64,000 bases of DNA from Camelus ferus (lineage: Eukaryota). This document shows, in pieces, positions 50,433 through 62,120 of this stretch. A program made the position numbers and the translations under genes. How positions within the stretch are numbered: the stretch's first letter is position 1; every line of letters starts with the position of its first letter. The notes under the pieces are model-generated. The model saw only the letters and a list, made by a program, of their open reading frames with translations. It had not been told where the DNA came from and ran no database searches. The stretch covers positions 90,708,001 to 90,772,000 of the forward strand of contig NC_045696.1 in NCBI RefSeq assembly GCF_009834535.1, in the 5' to 3' direction.

Positions 50433-51755
50433 GAAAAGAAAAGAAAAGAAAAGAAAAGAAAAGAAAAGAAAAGAAAAGAAAAGAAAAGAATGAACTTACT
50501 CACTCACTCAACATATATTACAGCCCTAAATGTAAAATGTAAAACTATACAACTTTTTTTAAAAAAGGCAGGAGAAAATCTTCATGACTTCAGATTAGCC
50601 AAAGAATTTCTTAGACATGCCACCAAAAGCATGGTAAATTAAAGACAAAGACCACAAACTGGACTTCATCAAAATGAAAACTTTGCTCTTCACATAACAA
50701 CATTAAGAAAATGAAAATATAAGCCACAGACAAGGAAAAAACATTCACAACACATATATCAGACAAAGGACTTGTACTCAAAATATGTAAAGAATCACTT
50801 ACAATTTAATAGTAAGGAAAAAATTTAAAAGTGAGATAATTATTTGAACAAAATACCTCACAAAAAAAGAAATATAAATGACCAATAATCACATGAAAAG
50901 ATGCTCAACATCACACTTTCAAATCACAGTCAATAAACAACTTGTTTGCAGAATATAAAACTCCCCTGTAGGAAAATACAACCAAATTTTCAAATGGGCA
51001 AAAGAGTTGAACAGATATATGGATTGCAAATAAGCACATGAAAGATGTTCAATATTATTATCACTGGGGAAATTAAAATTAAAACTGTGTTGAGATAGCA
51101 CTATATACCTATATGATTGGCTGAAGTAAATAATACTCAAAATGACAAGTGCTGATGAGGATTTGTAACAACCAAAACTCATACATTGATGGCAAGAATG
51201 CAAAATAGTACAACCACCCTGGAATACAGTTTGGCAGTTTCCTATAAAGATAAACGTATACTTACCATATTTTACACCAATCTCTCATCTAGTTATCTAC
51301 TGAGGGAAATAAAAACTTATGTTCACAGAAAACACTATACATGAATGCTTAGAGCAGCTTTATTCATAATCACCAAATGTCCTTCAGGAAGGGAAAAAAT
51401 AAACAGCAGCACATTATACAATGAGTCCCACTCAGCAATAAAAAGAAATGATCTGCTGAGCTTGCTACAAAATGAACAAATTTCAAATGCTTACACTGAG
51501 GGAAGAAAGCCAGTCTCAAAGGTACATGCTATATGATTCATTCACATAACATTTTCAAAAAGATAAACCTTTAAACATTTAGTAACAACAACAACAAAAA
51601 ACTCAGTGGTTGCCAGGTGCAAGGGATAGGCACACTGTATAAGTTCAAAGGGATAATACAAAGATTATTTGGAGGTAACAGATTTTTCTGTATCTTGAAA
51701 GGTACGTGAATCTACATAACTGTGTTAAAATTCATAGAACTGTCCACCAAAAAAA
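48130..51755 (+). mobile_element. Ancient L1M ORF2 fossil with 3' end
   Basis: Decayed EN and RT sequence (accatgcaaacact; ggaatgcaaagatggttcaatatt; [11 protein letters not shown] in ORF 49546-49731) and an L1MC/MD-like 3'UTR. Confidence 0.8.
50181..50490. repeat. 310-nt pure polypurine compound microsatellite (GGAA)n/(GAAA)n/(GAAAA)n
   Basis: No pyrimidine on the + strand from 50181 to 50490. Confidence 0.97.
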
Positions 51756-51777
51756 AGGACCTTTTGGGAGGGGCTTT

Positions 51778-52475
51778 CTTTTTTTTTTAATTGAAGTATA
51801 GTGAGTTTACAATGTTGTGTTAATTTCTAGTGTACAGCACAGTGATTCAGTTATGCATATATATATTCCTTTTCATATTCTTTTTCATTATAGGCTATTA
51901 CAAGATACTGAATATAGTCCCCTGTGCAATACAGTAGGACCTTGTTGTTTATCCATTTTATATATAGTACTTAGTATCTGCAAATCCCAAATTCCCAATC
52001 TATCTCTCCCCATCTTCTCCTCTCCAGTAACCATAAGTTTGTTTTCTATGTCTGTGAGTCTGTTTCTATTTTATAAATAAGTTCATTTTTGTCATTTTTT
52101 TTTTAGATTCCACATATAAGTGATATCATATGCTATTTTTCTTTCTTTCTGGCTTACTTCACTTAGAATGACGATCTCTAGATCCTTCTATGTTGCTACA
52201 AATGGCATTGTTTTATCCTTTTTATGACTGAGTAGTATTCCATTGTGTGTGTGTGTGCACGCGCACGCACACACACACACATACAATCTTTATCCAATCG
52301 TCTGTCAGTGGACATTTAGGTTGCTTCCATGTCTTGGCTGTCGTTAATAGTGCTGCAATGAACACTGGGGTCCATGTATCTTTTCAAATTAGAATTTCCT
52401 CTGGAGATATGCCCAGGAGTGGGATTACTAGATCATATGGTAAGTCTATTTTTAGTTTTTTAAGGAATCTCCACA
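51778..52475 (-). mobile_element. 5'-truncated L1 3' end, antisense, same broad lineage as 15949-17476
   Basis: Poly-T at 51778-51788, then aattgaagtatagt...; tttctttctggcttacttcacttagaatgac; gcccaggagtgggattactagatcatatggtaagtctatt. Confidence 0.85.
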
Positions 52476-52489
52476 ATTTTTATTATAAG

Positions 52490-53620
52490 AAATACTCCTA
52501 AATAACTCATAAACCAAATGGAGATGTTGGAATGGAAACTAGAAAATATTTTAAACTGAATGATAATGAAAATACTCTATATCAAAACTTATAGGATGTA
52601 CCTAAAGCTATGATTAGAGGAAAATTCATAATGATACACTAATACAATAGAGAAGGAGAAAAATTCAAAACAAATGAGCTAAACATCTTTTTCAAGATGG
52701 TGCAAAATGAAAAGTACATTAAACCTGAAGAAATTAAAAAGAGAAAAAATAAGATTTAGAAAAATAATAAGAATTAATGAAAACAAATAACACACACAAT
52801 GCAAAGAATCAACAAAGACAAAGGTTGGTTGGTTGTAAAAACTAATCAAATTGAGAAATTCCCAACAAGATTGATTAAGAAAAAGACAGAAAGCACAATT
52901 GATATTAGGATGGGAAAAGGACTATCACCACACAATTAATTATATGTACAGCAAATTTTGATAGAATATTACAAAAATATTTATGTCAAAAAAATTGAAA
53001 ACATAGAGGAAATAAATTCCTAGAAAAAAATTTACTAACCAAAACTGACAGAAAAAGAAAGAGAAATCTGATTGGTCCTATAACTATTGAAGAAATTAAA
53101 TCCACAAAATAATCTTTACATTAAGTGGCTTCTCTGGTGAATTGTATCAAAATATAAGGAAGAAATAACATTAAAACTATACAAATTCTTCTACAGTATA
53201 GAGAAAAAGAATATATTCTATGACTTTTCAACTGGTAAATGGGTAATAATGTGGTACATCCTTAAAACAAAATACTACTTAGCAATACAAAGGAACAAAC
53301 TAACACATGAACAATCTAACCATATCAAAAGCATTAGACTAAGTGAAAGAAGCCAGATACAAAAGGCTACATACTGTATTATTCCATTTATAGGATACTG
53401 AGAAAAGGTAAAACTTTTCAGTTTGATAAGGGCTGGATGTGGGGTAAGAATATTGTATACACTGAAGAAACTTTTTAGGATGATGGAAATAACTTTGTAT
53501 CTTGATTGTGATGAGAGTTACATGACTGTATACATAGTTGGTCAAAATTCAGAGAACTGTATAAGAAGTGAATTTTACTGCATGTAAATTATATCTTAAT
53601 AAATCTAACAAAGGAAAACC
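52490..53620 (+). mobile_element. Ancient L1M ORF2 fragment joined to a 3'UTR fragment
   Basis: actgaatgataatgaaaatact and agaatcaacaaagacaaaggttgg, then aagtgaaagaagccagatacaaaaggctacatactgt. Confidence 0.7.
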
Positions 53621-56029
53621 TAATATAATAAAATCTAATAAACATATATTTATATTTATATATATTTACACTTATATATATATACATATTTAAAAATCTA
53701 ATAATAGTGTATCAAAATTTCTAGGAACAGTATCAAAAGTAAATATAACCAGACATTGCTTTGTTAGCTTCAGAGCACATATCGTATGATAAAATATCAA
53801 CATAATTCGTCTGGGCTTGGGTTAAGCCATTACAATTTTTTCAGATTAACTTTGAAGCTGCAAATTTACTGGACCTAACACTACTGATAATTGGATGAAA
53901 TCTAAGCATTTTCAATTAAAGAGTAAATAACCTAATAGTTACTTATCAATCTGAGTGTGCATGTATTTACACAAAAGCACTACTCTTATTTGTCTAGACA
54001 GCTTTAAATGATGAAAATATATTTTTCTACTATTGTCTTTCATCATTTCTGTTGAGTGGATTTAATTTCTAAGTAGTCACAATATAAGTTTTTACTTCTG
54101 ACTTATTCCAAATACACATTAGTCTTTTTCTAATGTGGATTGCCCTCCTTCATCTTTCTCAAGAAAAGGAAGCTAAGACTGTAATATGACAAACTGATTT
54201 TCATGATCTACTTCCAGGTGGCATGTCACAGGCTGGTATATCCACAGGGGCCAAAGACTGCCATTTCTAAACTCCCTCTAGGAGTTCATAAAGAATTAAA
54301 AGAGCAGCACTCGTTGTATTTCCCTAACTGCACCCTTTGTGTTAGTGATCATCACACATGTACTAACATTTAAAAAGTGCTTTGTGTCTATATCCACAAG
54401 ATCCAGTCTCTGAGATTCATCCCAGTATTTCTGTAGTTACATGCAATCACAGAACCCAAGGACCATATCCTTAGCACTAAATGAAAAGCATTAACCCCAA
54501 TAACACCATCTGGAGTTTTTCTGTTATTATATACATTCAGTGCCTTGAAATCTAAGATATGTTAACAACACGTATGTTAACAACTTACTCTACTTTCGTG
54601 GAAAAGTGTACCCTGTATCTACATCAATCCAAAGAGATGTATGTTATTCCTATCATCTGGCTACACACACTCCATTTACTAGGATATTAAAAACATTTAA
54701 ACCAGCCACCCTAAAATTGTCATACAATACATCACATTAGGATATTTAAAAAGATCATCATGTAGATATCTATTTCCCAATCTTTGCTGTTTAATCAAAG
54801 GAGGTTAAACTTCTGCTTCTCTACTTGTGCTGACCAAGATTTAACTGTATGTCAACCATGCAGTATTACAGCTTATTCCAATCTGTTCTACTTTGGAGAT
54901 GCCACTCCAGTGATCACTAGACTGAGAAGACAGCCTGTGAGAACTGAATAAACTAGAGCTTTTAAAAATATTGAACAGATTGCTTCTATTTGGATTCATT
55001 CATATCTGGGATACTCAGGGTGCTTTACAATGAGGTATAAATTAGAACTATAATGAGTAATTACAAGCAGCAGCTTAGCTTTTAAGGGAACTGCTTATTT
55101 ATTTAGGGAGAAAAGACTTGGCTGGCACTCCAAGTTTATTCCCTCTATATCCTTCTAACAATAGTACAGAATTTTTAGCTTACAAAGCCATACATAACCT
55201 AACTAAAGGCAAACACCAAGGCCTTCAGTCAAAGACCTCTATGGGGTAGTATATTTAAGTCTAGTAGTTTGCCCTGTAACCATGTACTAAATCAACAGAG
55301 TAGGTGACACCAATTAAGATCCTGAAATAAATTAGACTAAAGAGTCATCAATGAAGACTCGAATTTTAATCCGTATTTAAAATATAAATCCTAGAAGTGA
55401 CATTCATTTTTTTAAATGACTGATGCTAAATGATATTAATTGCAGAATTATTGATAACATTTAAAGTATAGAAAAAGATAGTGGAAGTTATGTAGACTTT
55501 TTAAAAAATGCAGAGACTTTGATGGAAGTGATGTACGTTTATGCGTGTGCATGTGCAAACTTAAACCAGGCATGGAGTAGTCGGAAAAAAGCTTACTGTT
55601 TTCCTAATACCAAAAATTCAATTTTATCATTTTAAATGCTCATAAGCTGGATTTTATTAACTAGAATCAACTTCTAAAACTATCGTTTATTTATACATTC
55701 TACAAATATTTGAGTACTTGCTTTGATCCAAGCAAATACAATGTTGAATAAGATAGATAAGGTATATGTAATCTGGTAATTACAAGATTTTATAATTGCA
55801 AAACTTTCTTTTCAGATTAGGTGTAGATACTATAGGTGCTAACTGCAGAGCTATTTAGAACACTCATGAGGGGCAGGGATATTTCATAAAGGAAATGACT
55901 CTAAAGTGAGCCAAAAAGATCCACGGAAATGACAGGAGAGTCACAGAGGAAAGAGTTTCTAAGGCTGAGGGAAGATTTCTTTAAAAAGACACAGAAGTAA
56001 GAAAAAAGAATAATTATTAGTAGTAAAAA

Positions 56030-56170
56030 ATAAATAACTACCATTTGTTGAAATCCAACTACATAGTACTAGCCTTCTTATACACACTGCTTCTAATATT
56101 TACAGCTTTTCACCTATCATTATCCCAACTTTACAGAAAAAAATTTAAGGCTTAAAGAGAATAACTTGCC
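56030..56170 (-). mobile_element. MIR fragment (paralogous to the copy at ~58665-58800)
   Basis: taactaccatttgttga...attatcccaactttacagaaaaaaatttaaggcttaaagagaataacttgccc. Confidence 0.55.
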
Positions 56171-56905
56171 CTGTCAGGAAAAAATTTTTAATGATTTGAG
56201 AAAAACAAAAAAGATTACTAGGTGTTTTGTCTAGGATGCCTTTCCAAATTATCTCCACCTTTCTGCCTTTCTTCATCTAAGACATCTTAAAATTCCACAA
56301 AGTATAGATAATTGATAGCAATGCAAATGATTATTTTCCACAGATATGCAAATGAATTCATCCAGTGGAGTTACAAATTATTTTCCTCCTATGTGGTCAA
56401 AGCCAGTTTTGAATTAATTAAGCAAGTTTCTGTCCCGTATTCCTTGTGGCCTACATATGTATCTGCTCCTTGGACTCTCCTTTGAGCTATTGTAACATCT
56501 TACTAGGTGCCCTCATTAGTTAATGAGTTAAATAATAGCTTTGGCATGGGTTTATTGATGTTTATGAGTCCTGATTTTACCTTATTAAAAAATTATCCCT
56601 TAATAGCTCCAAAGCACAGTAAGTCAGAACTTGAAGGTTTGCATGGATTCTACATGGTTCCAAATACAAAGTTCCTTCCATCACACATAACTCACTACTT
56701 CTCTCCTTTCATTCCTGAAAGTTACTGCCATCAGAATTTCTGCAATACCTCTTGTAAGGAGTCTCACCAAATTCTTTACAGTCCATGTGATACAACTTAC
56801 TAAAAGGTCCAGCTTGAGGCTACTTTCACTCTTACTAATTCTTCACATAACCATAACTCCTCAGCTTCCTGTGGAATGAAAAAGGAAAATAAAAGTACCT
56901 TCTAA

Positions 56906-57604
56906 GCAGCCACTATGGAAAACAGTGTGGAGATTCCTCAAAAGACTAGGAATAGACTTACCATATGACCCAGGAATCCCACTCCTGGGCTTGTATCCAG
57001 AAGGAAATCTACTTCAGGATGACACCTGCACCCCAATGTTCATAGCAGCACTATTTACAATAGCCAAAACATGGAAACAGCCGAAATGTCCATCAACAGG
57101 TGACTGGATAAAGAAGAAGTGGTATATTTATACAATGGAATACTACTCAGCCATAAAAAACGACAACATAATGCCATTTGCAGCAACATGGATGCTCCTG
57201 GAGAATGTCATTCGAAGTGAAGTAAGCCAGAAAGAGAAAGAAAAATACCATATGAGATCGCTCATATGTGGAATCTAAAAAACAAAAACAAACAAACAAA
57301 CAAAAACAAAGCGTAAATACAGGACAGAAACAGACTCACAGACAGAGAATACAGACTTGTGGTTACCAGGGGGGTGGAGGGTGGGAAGGGATAGCCTGGG
57401 ATTTCAAAATTGTAGAATAGATAAACAAGATTACACTGTATAGCACAGGGAAATATACACAAAATGTTATGATAACTCAGAGAAAAAAATGTGACAATGA
57501 GTGTGTATATGTCCATGAATGACTGAAAAATTGTGCTGAACACTGGAATCTGACACAACATTGTAAAATGATTATAAATCAATAAAAAATGTTAAAAAAA
57601 AAAA
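56906..57604 (+). mobile_element. Young 5'-truncated L1 (~0.7 kb), same subfamily as 33271-39943
   Basis: Nearly identical to 39245-39943. Perfect 13-bp TSD AAAAGTACCTTCT (56891-56903 / 57605-57617), two extra A's at the 5' junction, A-tail, and an open ORF2 C-terminal frame 56925-57278 ending ...RSLICGI*. Confidence 0.96.
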
Positions 57605-60600
57605 AAAAGTACCTTCTCTCATTCCAGGCTTTTCACAGCCAGGCAACCAGACAAAGAAAGAATGAACCCACAATTCATGTCACTTAATGCTCTATCAGGC
57701 ATAATTCAGGTCAAATTCCACTGGGCAAACTCTGGGACGACTAAAATGTACTAATATAATGAATAAGAGAAAGATGGTGGTGACCTGAAGGAGAACTTAT
57801 AAAAACCCTGTCTCCTGTTTTTGCTGATAATTCTTTTTGTTATGCTGGATTCCCTTTCTTGACTTCACCTTTTTGAAAAATTATACATTGTTTCTGAACA
57901 AAACTAATACCTAGTGACGAATACTCAAACCCACACAATGGAAATTGGGTGGTAAATTTCACTGCAATATAAAACACCCATCAAAATAATGAGCTACTGT
58001 TACAGTATTCATTCAAGGAAACTGTAAAAACTTTAACTTACAAAGGAAGAAAAATCTAATGCATACACTTTAAAATGTATTTGTTTACCTGCTTAATAAA
58101 ATTGACAGTACGAAGCTTCTTTTGCATGTTACAATGACATGTGTTAAAGGCATATTTCCTTCGAACCAAACATTTACCCTTCGCCACTGGTGAAAGGCAA
58201 CAAGATCTCTTTACAAAGTTTCGTCTTTTTCAATAAATTTTGCATGAAAACATGTTATCCTGGCACAAAGTTGCCTGCTGTCACATTCGAAGTGTGATAA
58301 ATGTTTAATGAAAACAACACCACACAGCTTGGTGTCAGACAACAGCTATCACACAGCCCTGCTTTGATCCAGGCAGACACTTAAAAGGAGTTCTAAGCAC
58401 ACTCTGCACCACAGAACTCCATAACCTATATGCAAATTGGGGTAAATTAGCATAAATGACTTCCTGCTGCATAAAGAAATAAGAGGTAAGGAAAAATATG
58501 ACAGCATCTAAGAGTATGTAACTGCTGTCAAAACTGAGTCCAGCATTCCCAAATCACTTCCAACATCTTCTGCCAAGCACTAGATAGGAAAAACTTCATC
58601 AACAGGAATTTATTACATGAAGTTCTACAGTTGAAGACTGGAACAATGCTAAGGTCAAAGTCATAACCAATACATATAGTATGATTACTACATGGTACTA
58701 AACTTCTTAAACACACTGCTCTAATACTAATAGCTTTTTGTTTATCAATATCCTCATTTTATAGAAGAATAAATTAAGGCTCAAAGAGAATAACTCGTCC
58801 TGTAAGGAAAAAAGTGTAGATGACTTAAAATGAGCAAAAATTATAATTTTTGCAATTTAACTTTACCCAAATCTAAATACATTGGCACACTTTTTTGTTA
58901 AAGATACTCTACTCAGAATGGTTATATGTTCAAAGGTAGCAATTGCCATGAACAAAAAGTAGATGTTGCTTCTGCTGATATACTTTTTGTGTTTATAGTC
59001 TATAAAGACATATCTAAAATAGTTTTGAAATAAGTAATATAATTTCTAATTATACTGCACAGTCAATTTTTTTAATGAAAGATTTTACAAATAGGTAACT
59101 ACAGGCCATGGGCTATAACTGAAGCCCAATTTCACTGCTTTCCCAGTGGCTTCTATATAATTTTCAAAAAGACTTACAGAAGACAACTGATTTAGTGGGA
59201 GTCACATTTAAGAAATTCTATTTATATTTATCCCCCTTTCTTTACCCACCAAAAAGCACTGCTTCAGTTGTCAAGACATGGATTTGCATGTCTAGAGGGA
59301 AAGTCTTACCTCTCTCTAAAAGTGCAAAGCTTCAAAAAGCTATGTAAAGGAAAAAAGGAAGAAAGTATACACTCAAGTGTTTGAGCAAAACATTCCAGAA
59401 GTCTTGATGGGCACATTTCTGAGAACAGCATCCATCTACCGAAAAGCTAACAAGGGAATAATAAAAGTAAAAATCTTTCACAGTAGCACATCATAAAGGA
59501 GAATACACTTAGGAATACTAAATTAGGTTCCTGATGAATCCTAAAGTTAACCAAATTAAGAAAGTATTTTACTAGGCAATAACTGCTTTAAACCAAGTTC
59601 TTCTGGCCGGTGATTTAAATCATGATTGAAAATAAATTCAAATCAAATTCATCCAAATTCTACTCTTAAAGATGGCACTATGATTTAAAATAAATAGTAA
59701 AATGTCACTGGTGGTATTAACATATTTATTCATAACTAATGTTTCAAAGGAGTTCATAAAAGATGTTTTATAGTGGTTGACTATGTTTTTTTGGAGTTTG
59801 ATTAAAATGTTTCCAAAGAAGGCTCAACAAGCTACTAATCCACAGAAGACTCAGAAGAGGTGTACAATGTTCACAATCATCAAATCAAGTTGTACTTACG
59901 AGATGCCATGCCAAGTTTCATTTTTCTGATTTCTGGCTTGCAATAAAAGTTTACTTAACAAAATCAGGTTGTTAAATAGCCAGTTTCAACTTAATAACTC
60001 TATTATTAATAAAATTTGTTTTCATACTGCAAAGACATGTCCTCATAAAAGAAATATAATTATCTAAGGATATACTAAATATTTGTTTAAAAAATTTGGG
60101 GTAAAACCTAATAAAAACAAACAAAACCTGCATCAATGTTTAAAAAATTAAATATTCTTAGAAACTAAATTTTATAAATGTAAAACATTAAAAATTAAAT
60201 TCTTTAAATCTTCTTGATAAAATCTAAGACAAGACTTAGTCAGTGTCTTTCTTATATTCATCTTTAACTCAGCGTTGTAAGGAAAAGCACCTTTTAATCC
60301 CTACAAACCACTGAAACTCTTCTAGTTTATATTAGGTCTCCCTCATTCAGCAAATTAATAATATAAATAAATCAATTTATGACATTATAAGATAAATCCT
60401 AATTATAATCATTCAAATGTTCCAAGAATTTCCAGAAATGTACTTAATTAACTGCTATTTTTAAAAGGTTTTTCAGAATTATCTACTTTTGTATCTTTTT
60501 TCTCAAAAGGCTAACAAAAAGTCTCTTCCTCATTAATAGGCTCATTAATTCCTGCTTGACCATTCCTTTCTCTCCTATTTTTATTTTTCTCAATTTATAA

Positions 60601-61229
60601 AATAGTCCTTTACCTTTACTGTACTTACTCTCCTTGCTTTGTACTTCATAAATGTATGCTTTATATTCTATCAGTATTTATAAATATTGATATTTTCCAA
60701 TTGGTTTGATAAAAACAAAGAGTGTTATGTATGCATAAAGAAGCAGAATCACATGGGTTGTTATTGTCTCATATGTGAGGAAGCCTCTAGATTATTTAGC
60801 ACAAGCTAAAATACTTGTCATTTGGTTGTACAATCACAATGAACTAATACATAAGCCCTAATTAAATCGTTTGTGAATCTTTTCTCCTTTCTACCTATGC
60901 ACGTTCTTAAAAAAAATTAGAAAGTCAGTGAACCCATCATAGAAATAAAATAAGGCCTAAAAATTTTTTGTGGTTTTATTAAATACAATTTATAAGTAAA
61001 CAGATGAAATGCTGATGTGGGAAAGCGAGGAAGAGAAAGAAAAGAAGGAATCAATCTTTTACTAGTGGCAGAGTTCTGACCTGATCAGAGAAAAACAAGG
61101 CACAGAAAATTCTTTCAGTTTTCTTTAGGCATTATCTAGGAAAGTTTAAGCAATAGCATATCACTTGATCTCAAACACTGTATGTCATCATCAATAGTTA
61201 CAGATTACTACAGGAGTAAAGATAGTGTA

Positions 61230-61450
61230 CCAATAAGAGTCAGGATGCTGTTGTTAGTGAACTTGAATTAGAAGCCTAACTTTGACATATATTTATGAGC
61301 TTTATAATCACAAGTCTTCATCTATACAAAGAGGGTAATAAAAACACCTATTTCATTAGGTTATTATGAAAATTAGGTAATACATACCAAATGCTTAACA
61401 AAATTTCTGATACTTAGAAAATATATTTAAAATGCTAGACATTTATTAAT
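61230..61450 (+). mobile_element. MIR
   Basis: tcttcatctatacaaagagggtaataaaaacacctatttcattagggttattatgaaaatt...atgcttaacaaaatttctgatacttag. Confidence 0.65.
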
Positions 61451-61950
61451 ATCTTCACTGTAAGTAAAGCATTTTATTTACACCTCAGGTAGAGCTGATC
61501 ATAAAACTATTCTACTTGAGACTTTACTGGCTTCTCACTGACCTTAAAGTCCTTAACATAACATACAAGGTACTTCAATAATCACCTCTCATCACTATTA
61601 CTTTTCTTCTCCAAACCAATCCCTATTAGACTTCAGTTCCTCAAATGTACCAAACTCACTTTGCTTTCCTCCAAGTACTTCCATACGAAGCTTATTTTGC
61701 ATGCAACATTCTCTCCTATCTCTTTCTTCTTTCAGTGTATAAACATTACTTCTTCCGAGAGCCCATTCCTAACCTGCTGACTAGTCTACATCAATCAGCT
61801 TAGTATTGGTGGAATATCTCACAACCAGAATGTGTCAAGACTGAGGATAAAATCCAACATGCTGAGACTGACCTGTTGGAAGGATAAAAAGCGCCCAGCT
61901 CTGCTTACCTCCAAACCGTCTGTTATATTAACAATAATGTACTTATTTAA

Positions 61951-62120
61951 GCCAATGTTAACAAACTACAACCCTTGTGCAAATCTAGCCTGCTGCCTAT
62001 TTTTGTAAATAAAGTTTTATTGGAATACAGCCATACCATTCATCTAGTATTATCTATGGCTATTTTCATGCTAAAAGGACAAAGTTCAGTAGCTGTAACA
62101 GAGGCATATGGCCCAGAAAG
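61951..62120 (+). mobile_element. MER58A fragment within L2 remnants
   Basis: caaactacaaccc...gcctgctgcctatttttgtaaataaagttttattggaatacagccatacc...tctatggct...gcatatggccc. Confidence 0.75.

Noticed and set aside
50090..50503. 137-aa F/S/L/P-rich ORF
   Set aside because: Translation of the polypurine microsatellite.
54558..54584. Direct repeat tatgttaacaac x2
   Set aside because: Trivial 15-bp-period slippage duplication.
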